Source: an uncultured archaeon (GTDB lineage Archaea > Altiarchaeota > Altiarchaeia > JAFGQM01). From it: a stretch of 64,000 nt of DNA. How positions within the stretch are numbered: the first letter of the stretch is position 1; each line of letters begins with the position of its first letter. The stretch spans positions 50,459 to 114,458 of the forward strand of contig CAZQBY010000001.1 in NCBI GenBank assembly GCA_964592405.1. The letters run 5' to 3'. The notes beneath the pieces were generated by a model that searched no databases, was not told where the DNA came from, and saw nothing but the letters and a program-made list of their open reading frames with translations. Shown piece after piece: positions 1-8,700 of this stretch. The translations under genes and the position numbers were made by a program.

Positions 1-370
1 TAGATGCGACGATAATCTTGTCTCCCCCATTTACCGCCCCAGCATCATCCTGCTGGTTTGGCGGTATTAATGAGTCTCCACATGCCAGCTCAGCAATCAG
101 CCTGTGGACAAAAAAATCGCCCTCTCCCCTGCAGCCGACACCCAAATCATGCATGGTGGCGCCTGCAGTGGATGGCTTTAGAATAACTCTCAGCAACGGG
201 TCTTTGGCATGCCTGCGCGATAACATGACTTCGTCGAGGATAGCCCTGCCCATAGCCCCGGCATCCACTCCCTTCTTCCACGTAAGTATCTCCTCCTTCA
301 ACCTTTGTAATATCTCCTCCTGCCGAAGATTCCTCTCGAGAAGACGATTTACAAGCCCTTCCAGATCCAC
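1..370 (-). CDS. AIR synthase-related (PurM/HypE/SelD superfamily) protein, N-terminal part; runs off window start
   Basis: Not in ORF track. Manual translation from GTG at 370: MDLEGLVNRLL...GVGCRGEGDFFVHRLIAEL...QQDDAGAV, matching archaeal AIR-synthase-related proteins. Confidence 0.7.
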   Translation of the reverse strand, partial: MDLEGLVNRLLERNLRQEEILQRLKEEILTWKKGVDAGAMGRAILDEVMLSRRHAKDPLLRVILKPSTAGATMHDLGVGCRGEGDFFVHRLIAELACGDSLIPPNQQDDAGAVNGGDKIIVAS

Positions 371-400
371 GGTTTATTTACCGTTATCATAAAATAAAAG

Positions 401-1069
401 GTGGATCTGGACAACTGGATGAAGGAATACAGGCTAATCTGTAGGGATCTTGATATCCTGCCGAAAGACGACTATAGGGCCAGGGATTTTGCTGCCCGCA
501 TTATTGGCTCCAAAGAGCAGCCTCTGGGCAGACTGGAGGGACTTATTAAGGGCAGGAGCGTCATAATCTTCGGGGCCGGCCCATCCTTGGAAAGTAGTTT
601 TGGGGAGATAGAGAAAGAGACCAGAACCCTCATAGCTGCAGATGGGGCAGTATCATGTCTGTTGGAGAACGGAACTTATCCGGACATTGTGGTTACAGAT
701 TTGGATGGTCCGGCTGTTGACCTCCTCCTTGCCGACAGGCTTGGGGCTATCATGGTGGTTCATGCCCATGGCGACAATATACCGCAACTGGGAAGTCTTT
801 TGCCCGCATTCAGAAATCTGGTAGTTACGACGCAGGTCGAGCCACTGCCAAATGTCCACAACTTCTTTGGATTTACGGACGGAGACAGGGCCGTTTTCCT
901 AGCCAAGCGCTTCGGTGCATGTAACATAGAGCTCGTGGGTTTCGACTTCGGTGACACTGTGGGTCAATACTCCGACCCCCGGGATCCAACAGTCCACAAG
1001 GCATCTGAGAGGAAGAGAAAGAAACTGCGGATTGCTGAAAGATTGGTGAAGAAGATAATGGCGGATTAA
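401..1069 (+). CDS. mptE: 6-hydroxymethyl-7,8-dihydropterin diphosphokinase MptE-like (DUF115)
   Basis: Motifs GAGPSL, IAADGA, VVTDLDG, VHAHGDN, FxGFTDGDRA, GFDF, K-K-KL tail. Confidence 0.85.
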   Translation: MDLDNWMKEYRLICRDLDILPKDDYRARDFAARIIGSKEQPLGRLEGLIKGRSVIIFGAGPSLESSFGEIEKETRTLIAADGAVSCLLENGTYPDIVVTDLDGPAVDLLLADRLGAIMVVHAHGDNIPQLGSLLPAFRNLVVTTQVEPLPNVHNFFGFTDGDRAVFLAKRFGACNIELVGFDFGDTVGQYSDPRDPTVHKASERKRKKLRIAERLVKKIMAD

Positions 1070-1074
1070 GACTT

Positions 1075-1512
1075 CTATTCGAGGAAATGAATCCGCTCTG
1101 GGGCTATTCCCCATTCCCTCTCTATCCTCGCTCTCAGCCCTTCTCTTTTCTCTTGGGGTACGCGAGAAACCTTTGCAACAGCGTCTCTTCCAACCTTCCC
1201 CCTCCTAGTAATCCTACCAGTCCCGGGCTCAAGTAGCCGCCCCACTACAAATATGTGTCCGCCCCCCTTGACCAATAAATGATTCTTCCTCTCGTGCCTG
1301 ATTGTTTCTGGAAGAAGCAAAGCCTTCTCTTCGATGGGTATCCTTCTGGTAACTATTCTATCACCTATCCTATACCTGACAACGTGGTAACCTCTCCGCT
1401 TCACCATCACAGTACTCCCTACGATCCTTCGCTCATGTTGGGATGGTGCCCTATGCTCTATCATCAGATATGCGGCGGGCACACTTGTGGGTCTTGCTCT
1501 TCTTCGTGCCAT
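1075..1512 (-). CDS. Hypothetical highly basic protein
   Basis: 145-aa Arg-rich ORF filling the gap; N-terminus MARRRARP. Confidence 0.6.
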   Translation of the reverse strand: MARRRARPTSVPAAYLMIEHRAPSQHERRIVGSTVMVKRRGYHVVRYRIGDRIVTRRIPIEEKALLLPETIRHERKNHLLVKGGGHIFVVGRLLEPGTGRITRRGKVGRDAVAKVSRVPQEKREGLRARIEREWGIAPERIHFLE

Positions 1513-1521
1513 TTTTGATAC

Positions 1522-2055
1522 CTACTCATACATGTATGATTTTAGGTCCCCCATGACATCTGGCATTCTCTTGGGGATGACTCCTGCCGGCAGAGTGAAC
1601 TCACTGTCCGGTATGTCAGCGGTTTCTCGGCATTCTATATTGAGTCCGGCCTGCGGATTGGCCAGATTCTCCACAAGGTTTTTGGGTGTGGGTATGCCGA
1701 TACCCATGACATCTTCTGAATATACATACCACTCGTCGAACATGGGGAGATATACATATCCTACCCTGCTGTTGGTTATATAGGTAAAGTCCAAGCTCTT
1801 CAGTCTGCCATCCATTCTGGCATTTGGAGACTTGACCTTCACCTTGGCTGTTATAGCGCCGCCTGGCGGCTCAACATCATTGAAGAGGTTAATGGCAGCC
1901 AGATTTATGGTGAGATCGCACTCCACAGACTCTCCAGAGGAGATCGCTTTGATTATCTCTGACTGCCCACTACCTAACAGGACATTTCCGCCCATTAGGA
2001 GCAAAGCAATAACAATAACTATCAGCAGCACCACGATTGCTGCCCTGCCAGACAT
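1522..2055 (-). CDS. Membrane-anchored exported protein, paralog 3 of a tandem triplet (LolA/DUF4412-like beta fold, Cys pair)
   Basis: N-terminal TM helix, two Cys, C-terminal DIPDSEFTLPAGV shared with neighbours. Confidence 0.75.
   Translation of the reverse strand: MSGRAAIVVLLIVIVIALLLMGGNVLLGSGQSEIIKAISSGESVECDLTINLAAINLFNDVEPPGGAITAKVKVKSPNARMDGRLKSLDFTYITNSRVGYVYLPMFDEWYVYSEDVMGIGIPTPKNLVENLANPQAGLNIECRETADIPDSEFTLPAGVIPKRMPDVMGDLKSYMYE
1583..1618. repeat. 36-bp exact repeat shared by paralogs (second copy 2165-2200)
   Basis: cctgccggcagagtgaactcactgtccggtatgtca at both positions. Confidence 0.9.
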
Positions 2056-2103
2056 TTTGCACCTGTTCTATAAAGGAAGCGATAATAAAAAGCAATCCCA
2101 CAT

Positions 2104-2661
2104 CTACTCAAGTATGCTTGGGTCAACCAGTCCGGCGATTTCATCAAAGCTCTTTATCACGACCCCTGCCGGCAGAGTGAACTCACTGTCCGGTATGTCA
2201 TCGGTGATCTGGCAGTCCAGTACAATTCCCTCACGGAGGCTGTTCATCCTTTTCCTGATCTCGTCAGGCCTTGCAAGCGCTTTCTCGCTCAGGTTGGCTG
2301 GCACTTTATACCAACTCTCTCCCAATACAGGGCTGTTTATATAAACAGCTGAGCCGTCCGATATCATTGTGAAAGGGAAGCCTCCCGAGCGGCCCTCTAC
2401 CCTGAACCTTGTCCCCTCTATGCTCACATTGGAGCTTGCTTTTATGCCCTGCACATCCGGATTATCAGAAAGCATACCAAGGTCAACTGTCAACACACAT
2501 GACACCGGCCTGCCTTCTGAGATCGCAGTCGCGATATCCCCCTCCGGGACAGTTATCTGGGTTGGTTCATTATTCCTTAACACAAAATCACTTAACAGAA
2601 AAAACAAAACAAGGGCTATTATAACTACCAGGATTATTGCAGTTATCGCCTTCCTGCCCAT
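2104..2661 (-). CDS. Membrane-anchored exported protein, paralog 2 of tandem triplet
   Basis: TM helix; GRPVSC...LDCQITDDIPDSEFTLPAGV. Confidence 0.75.
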   Translation of the reverse strand: MGRKAITAIILVVIIALVLFFLLSDFVLRNNEPTQITVPEGDIATAISEGRPVSCVLTVDLGMLSDNPDVQGIKASSNVSIEGTRFRVEGRSGGFPFTMISDGSAVYINSPVLGESWYKVPANLSEKALARPDEIRKRMNSLREGIVLDCQITDDIPDSEFTLPAGVVIKSFDEIAGLVDPSILE

Positions 2662-2708
2662 CTTTTGTAAGAAGATAAAAAAGACAAAAAAGAAAAAAGA
2701 AAAATAAA

Positions 2709-2724
2709 GGCCCTTTGAGGGCCC
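2709..2724 (-). terminator. Hairpin followed (on the minus strand) by a long T-tract downstream of 2741..3388
   Basis: ggccctttgagggcc inverted repeat; A-rich 2672-2708 on plus strand. Confidence 0.5.
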
Positions 2725-2740
2725 CCATCACATCATCTCA

Positions 2741-3388
2741 TCATTGATACATCTCTGGATTATAGCCACCCATAAGCTCAGAGAAATCCTTTGGAACCAC
2801 TCCCGGCGGTAGCTGGAACTCACTGTCTGGTATATCGCCTGTAACCTGGCAGTCCAGGGTTGTCCCTTCTGGCAGATTCTGGAGCCCCTCTCTTATCTCA
2901 TCCGGCATCGGGATATCAATAGTTGCGGTCTCAGGAGTCATTATATACCAATCAGATCCCATCGCGGGCATCTGCATATAGACATTTGTTCCATCTGTTA
3001 TTACTGTAAACTCCATCCCCATCGTGGAACTCTCCGCTCTCATCTTCGGAGCCTCTATCTTCATATCTATGGTCGTTGTTGTGCCTGCTAGGTTTGGATC
3101 TCCGGACGCCACACCCATATCAATAGTCATCGTGCATAGGACTGGCATCCCTGCAGAGAGCGCTGCAGCCACGTCATTGCCTATTGGGGTACTGGGCTGT
3201 TCGGCACTAGACGGCCCGGTGCTAGGTGATTCTGTAGTCGGTTTTGGGCTTGCGCCCTCCGGGGCTGCTCCCGGGTAGGCTGGAAGGGTCTGCCGTCCAC
3301 CACCACCCATGAGCAGGGCAGCAGCCACGATTACGATAACAACAACTGCCAAAACAACCACCAATATAATTGTCTGATTTTTCTCCAT
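2741..3388 (-). CDS. Membrane-anchored exported protein with Pro/Ser/Thr linker, paralog 1 of tandem triplet
   Basis: TM helix, PST-rich stalk; GMPVLC...LDCQVTGDIPDSEFQLPPGV. Confidence 0.75.
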   Translation of the reverse strand: MEKNQTIILVVVLAVVVIVIVAAALLMGGGGRQTLPAYPGAAPEGASPKPTTESPSTGPSSAEQPSTPIGNDVAAALSAGMPVLCTMTIDMGVASGDPNLAGTTTTIDMKIEAPKMRAESSTMGMEFTVITDGTNVYMQMPAMGSDWYIMTPETATIDIPMPDEIREGLQNLPEGTTLDCQVTGDIPDSEFQLPPGVVPKDFSELMGGYNPEMYQ

Positions 3389-3452
3389 TTTAAATCCCGT
3401 TTTGTGGTCTCTCTAACTGAAGGTTTAATAAAAATACCTCTCTAACATAGTC

Positions 3453-4643
3453 ATGCAGATCGGCATTGTGGGGGCGCCAAACCAGGGCAAGAGTACTCTT
3501 TTCAACGCACTTACGCAGGCCGGAGCGGAGACTGCCCCCTATCCTTTCACAACCATAAAGGCCAATCAGGGGGTTGGTTTCCTGAGGGTCAGGTGTCCTT
3601 GTGTGGACTTTGGAGTAAAATGTAATCCCAAGCATGGATACTGCAGGGCAGGAGAGCGTTTTGTCCCGGTGACACTGCTTGATGTTGCAGGCCTTGTTCC
3701 TGGCGCCCACAAGGGCAGGGGTCTTGGCAACCAGTTCTTGGACAATCTACGCCAAGCTTCAGCCCTTATCCACGTGGTGGATGTTAGCGGGTCTACGAAC
3801 TCACATGGCGAGAAGGTTGCCAGAGGCAGTTATGATCCTGCAGAGACCATCAGGTTCTTGGAGGAGGAGATAGATCTCTGGTTTTTCGGCATCCTTGAGA
3901 AGAACTGGGATAAATTTTCCCGTAAGGTGAAACAAGAGAACAAAAAACTGACTGAACAAATTGCCATCCAGTTTACAGGCTTGGGAGTCAAAGAAGCACA
4001 AGTGGAAAGGGCTCTTCACGAGACCAGGCTTCCGGATGACCCAACAATATGGGGCAAGAGCGATCTTATCGGATTTGCGACACGATTGCGGGAGATAAGC
4101 AAGCCCATGCTCATAGCAGCCAACAAGATAGATATAGAGGGTGCGCAGGAAAATTATGAGCGGCTTACTATGGAATTTCCCAACTATCAGATAATTCCGG
4201 TCTCGGCTGAAAGCGAGCTGGCCCTGCGGAATGCAGCCAAGGCGGGAATAATAGATTATATTCCAGGAGACCTCCGATTCAGAATAAATGACAAGTCCGG
4301 GCTTGACGAGAAGCAAAGGCATGGTCTAGACTTTCTTAAGCACTTTCTTGAGATTCACAAAAAAACAGGTGTTCAGGAGGTCCTAAATATGGCAGTCTTT
4401 GATCTGCTGAAATATATAGTAGTCTACCCGGTAGGGCAAAAACTGGCTGACAAGGATGGCAACATACTCCCGGATGCCTATCTCATGCCTCCGGATACCA
4501 CTGCCTTGGATTTCGCCTACACTCTTCATACAGAATTCGGAGACAATTTTGTCGCTGCAATCGACATGCGAACCAAGAACAAGGTAGGCAAGGATCATGT
4601 TTTGAAGGATGGCGATGTCATAGAGCTCATCTGTGGCAGATGA
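3453..4643 (+). CDS. ychF: Obg-family YchF-like GTPase/ATPase with TGS domain
   Basis: GAPNQGKST, YPFTTI, DVAGLVPGAHxGRGLGNQFL, NKID, C-terminal TGS. Confidence 0.92.
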   Translation: MQIGIVGAPNQGKSTLFNALTQAGAETAPYPFTTIKANQGVGFLRVRCPCVDFGVKCNPKHGYCRAGERFVPVTLLDVAGLVPGAHKGRGLGNQFLDNLRQASALIHVVDVSGSTNSHGEKVARGSYDPAETIRFLEEEIDLWFFGILEKNWDKFSRKVKQENKKLTEQIAIQFTGLGVKEAQVERALHETRLPDDPTIWGKSDLIGFATRLREISKPMLIAANKIDIEGAQENYERLTMEFPNYQIIPVSAESELALRNAAKAGIIDYIPGDLRFRINDKSGLDEKQRHGLDFLKHFLEIHKKTGVQEVLNMAVFDLLKYIVVYPVGQKLADKDGNILPDAYLMPPDTTALDFAYTLHTEFGDNFVAAIDMRTKNKVGKDHVLKDGDVIELICGR

Positions 4644-4670
4644 CTGCCGTAATATGGGTACTAACCCCGG

Positions 4671-4717
4671 TTGATTTGGGTTGATTTGAATTGATTTATA
4701 CGATCTATGTACGATTT
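4671..4717 (+). promoter_or_regulatory. Phased direct repeats (putative antitoxin operator) upstream of TA operon
   Basis: TTGATTT at 4671, 4681, 4691 (10-bp period), then ACGATCT/ACGATTT merging into TTTAAATA TATA-like box. Confidence 0.55.
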
Positions 4718-4743
4718 AAATAGTTATACCACTAAAGTATAAC

Positions 4744-5022
4744 ATGGGGTTTGTAACCGTGAATTCCAAGAGCTTGGTAGTTATACCCAAGTCTGTCCGG
4801 GAGCAGTGTGGCATCACTCCCGGTGAAAAGCTCAAGGTATCCTACGATGCGGAGCAGAATGCCATAATCATGCGCAAGATAGATGACATTAGGGATCTCA
4901 GCGAGGCAATTTGCGGAATATGGGCCGACAACAAATTCAAACTTGAGGAGGTAAGGGAAACTGCAGATGAACGACTTGAGAAACTACTTAAAAACAAGCT
5001 TCAACAAAAGCGTTTTGTTTGA
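4744..5022 (+). CDS. AbrB/MazE/SpoVT-family antitoxin
   Basis: VTVNSKSLVVIPKSVREQCGITPGEKL swapped-hairpin signature; precedes PIN gene. Confidence 0.85.
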   Translation: MGFVTVNSKSLVVIPKSVREQCGITPGEKLKVSYDAEQNAIIMRKIDDIRDLSEAICGIWADNKFKLEEVRETADERLEKLLKNKLQQKRFV

Positions 5023-5386
5023 CACGGGCCTGATTGTCGATTTCCTGGTCGGGGATCCGAAGACCCGGCTCTTCTTCGAGGACTTTGTTTTTTCTGGTCA
5101 TCTGACACCAGTCATATCGGCCCAGACTGTCTGTGAGCTGTTCGCGGCCGCGCGCAATACCAAGGAGGAAAGCCACCTAAATTACTGGCTCACCAATGTT
5201 TTTGATGTGGTTGAAATCACATATGAGATAGGCAAGCGGGCAGGCCTGATGAAGAGGAACAGCGGGATCTATCTGGGAGATGCCATAATAGCTTCGACTT
5301 CCATACTGCTTGGCATTCCACTGGTCACCACAAGACCGGAGCTCTATCGCAAGACAGACATCAGAATATTCAGGCCTTACTCTTAG
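4967..5386 (+). CDS. PIN-domain VapC-like toxin
   Basis: VLFDTGLIVDFL, ISAQTVCEL, GDAIIAST, PLVT. Confidence 0.85.
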   Translation: MNDLRNYLKTSFNKSVLFDTGLIVDFLVGDPKTRLFFEDFVFSGHLTPVISAQTVCELFAAARNTKEESHLNYWLTNVFDVVEITYEIGKRAGLMKRNSGIYLGDAIIASTSILLGIPLVTTRPELYRKTDIRIFRPYS

Positions 5387-5439
5387 TTTTTTCCCAAGAG
5401 TTGCTTTTTAAGCCTTGCGCATTAATTAATCAACCCAAA

Positions 5440-5766
5440 ATGGCACTCGAGCAGATATGGGAAATTATAGTCTGGATAGTCCAGTTTGCTATAATACTCT
5501 TCCCGCTTGTTTATCTCCTTGACCTCATACGAAGCAGGATAGAAACAAAAACCATGCTACATAAGGTCATGCTCATATTCTTCATGAGCCTCCTGCTCTC
5601 ACTGGCCGTTTATCCGTTCATTGCTATGTTGGGAGAGTACATCCTTCTCTTGGAATACAACCTTGACATCAGCCTGACGCTCTTTGACTCAGACATCGGG
5701 ACATATCTTGTGGTCCTGCTGTTTGTCTTTATAATTTATCTCATCGTTTTCAACAAGACAAAGTGA
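5440..5766 (+). CDS. Small multi-pass membrane protein
   Basis: Three hydrophobic helices; ATG 5440 preferred over TTG 5401; overlaps next gene start. Confidence 0.7.
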   Translation: MALEQIWEIIVWIVQFAIILFPLVYLLDLIRSRIETKTMLHKVMLIFFMSLLLSLAVYPFIAMLGEYILLLEYNLDISLTLFDSDIGTYLVVLLFVFIIYLIVFNKTK

Positions 5767-8700
5767 TGAGAAGGTTATGGACCTCGCTGGTCCTAGCGGT
5801 TTTACTTATAAGTAGCTTCCCTGTCAGTCTAGCTCAGGAGCCGCCTGCCCCTGCCGACGTCCACTCATTCGAATGTGGTATAGGCAAGCTGACGCATGAG
5901 GAAATCAAGACCCTCTACAAGGAGCTGTATGGTGAGAGTTTCCAGAGCCGGGTTGAGGTGGGGCCAAGTCCGACGCACTCCCTAGAGCAGAATGTAAAGG
6001 AGGTTCTGAAGCGCACGCCACAGCAGATAATAGAGGAATTCAGGAACAGGACCAATCCAAATGCTAAAAACAGTGTCATAGGCGAGAACGAGATAGGCAC
6101 ACCTGATGGAAAGCTCAAGTTCGATTATGCCGGAGGGTGTGTAAGCTGTCAGTACTTTCCATTCACTTCCGGGACCGACACCCCGTATTTTGCCTGCACT
6201 AAGGACCTAACAACACGAGTAAGCTACTGTGAGAAGGGCATCGACCGGTGTGCGGAAAATGTCACCAACCAGAGTACCCCCCTTGCGGGCCTCTTCGGTG
6301 TTCTCAGCGGACCGGATCATGACAACCTGATGGCCATTGACGATTTCAAATTCTATGAGAGAAACGGTGCATTTGCACCTACCGATTACCACACCCTTGT
6401 CTATTCCAACCTCCAGAAGATTTATGACAACTATCTGCCAATTGCGACTGTGGTCTCAATATTCGTTCCAAATCCTGTGGGAATAGCCAGCCGAATCAAG
6501 AAGGGTGTAGGAGCTCTCGTAACTTGGGTCAAAACTATAGGACGTAGCCAAGTAGTCAAAACAGCTGCCAAAGTCGGCAGGACTCTTCCCTATTTTGGCT
6601 CCCGGGGCTCTCAGATACTGGCCACAAACCGTTATCTGGTTAAGGCTTTTGGACAGGCTGACGAGTTAATAAGTGCAACTGGCGGAGCATCGGGAGTAGC
6701 AGATGATGTGGTGAGGGAAGCAGCCGAAGCAGTTGTCAGGTTGCAGGACGATTTTGCCCGACCGGCTGCCGAAGTCTTCAGCAGATTTACAGAGAAACCG
6801 GTCAGCCATGTGGATGAAACCCTCTTCAATAATATATTCCAGCAGCAGGCCGCAGAGGCTCTACAGACAAAGCAGGGCAGCCAGCTCCTGAAGGAGCTCT
6901 ACGAACATTATGCAGCGCAGAACCTTGCCGAGGTTGAGGCCGCCTCCCTGAGGTCTATCGTAGTCAGAGGTTTTCAGGAAGGGCGTGTATCAGAAGATGT
7001 AGCCCGCGAGGTGCTTGAAGCGATAGGGGCGAGTACCAGCAAAACACTCGACAGGAGTCTGTCAATATTAGATGATCTTGCTAGGGGCTCAGTTGGGACT
7101 GCTGATGCAGAAGGGGCTATTGCCAGCATAATACGCTCTGCTGGTATGTGGCAGCCCGCCGGAGGTGAAACTGCTGAAATGGCAGCCAGGAACCTGATCA
7201 GCGGCTATACAAGTATATATCGGAGTGGAGGGAAAGATGCAGCTGAATCATTTGCCAAAAATGTGCTTAGAGGCTATGGAATAACCCCTGGTCAGATAGA
7301 CGATATATTGAAAAGTTCGGCAGATAGTTTTGCAAAAGAGGCAGAACTCGCCCTAAGGAGAAATCTAAAGGCTACAGAGAAAATAGGTGATATAGAAAGT
7401 ATTGGGGCTGCAAAGCAGGGGAAGCTAAAGAAACTGCAAAACCTGTTGTTGGGGACTACAAAAACAAAGACATCAACATTCCTCAGAGGGATAGTGTATA
7501 AAGCCGGATTTATCTACTACCTTGGTCACTCCCCTGGCGAGAATATCGGCTCCCAGCAGATGGTATTCTCAGTCAGTCCCACAGCAAAAGGCAAGGCAGC
7601 AATAAGAGAATACCTTGATGAAGAGCCGCCATATGTTGACATACTCTCTCATCAGTCCTCCTATCTGGAGGGGTGGCATAAGCTACTCAGCTATATCCAT
7701 ATACCTGATTTTTTTGAAAACTGGCTGAGTTTTCTCCAAGCCAGGTTCTCCGGACTAACAGGAAAGCGGTTCGGGGAGAGTCCGGAAGTGGAGAAAATTG
7801 AGCTGGAGTCCAAGTGTAGGGATGATATGTACAAGGTCAAGGATACGGCTTGGACATTCCGGAGCGGTAAGGGTGATGAAAGGTTTGTATTATCTCCGGG
7901 AACCCTGAGGATGTCCCTGTCGGGCGATGTCATGGTTCTAGAGTCGGATGGGAGTGCCCACAGCTATACAACTGAAATCGAAAGGGCAGGGTGTCTTCCG
8001 ACCATAATCCTAAAGACGCATGGGGTCGATATAACATCAGAGATATGGAAGAGCAGGGATGTATCGATAGACGGTCTCAAGAACCTAATGAGCTCCCTGG
8101 GCGGTAGGAGAGGTCCTGCGAGCATTGAGCGAACGGGTGAGGGTGTTCATTTCGGAGATTACCTCAGTCCGCCAGACGATGAAGTCAGATGTGCCATGTT
8201 TGATATGAGTTCATGGAAGAATGCAATGAGCTCGGCAGGATTTGGCCTGCTCGCCCAGACCCTGCCCTTGGTGGATCTGGCTACGGCACCATTCCTGTCA
8301 AAACATATGGGTGAGTGTATAGACAAGGACTACTGGGTCCATATGACAGTCATGGATGAGCAGGGCACATTGGATCTGATAGAGGATCTGTTTTCGGGGG
8401 CAGAATCTCAGGAGGTTGAGAAACTGAACTCCACGGAAAGTTCAACAGCGCCTTCTCCGGCCGGGGCCACAGTTGCTGTTACGGGCGAGGTGGCACAAAA
8501 GACTATGGAGGGTGGACAGGACTCTCGGGGCGGATATCCGACAGGAGCCGTTTCTGGTTCGCTGGTCATTGGCGGAGAAGAAAAAGAAAAGAAAACCGTA
8601 GCATATGCTGGCTCAGTACAGGGCTTCCTGAGCAAATTTGCGAATATGGGTGTTGCAGCCAAAGACTACGTTGAGAGGACTCTGAGGGAACAGGAGCTCA

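Noticed and set aside
18-392. 124-aa plus-strand ORF
   Set aside because: Shadow of the minus-strand AIR-synthase-related gene starting at 370
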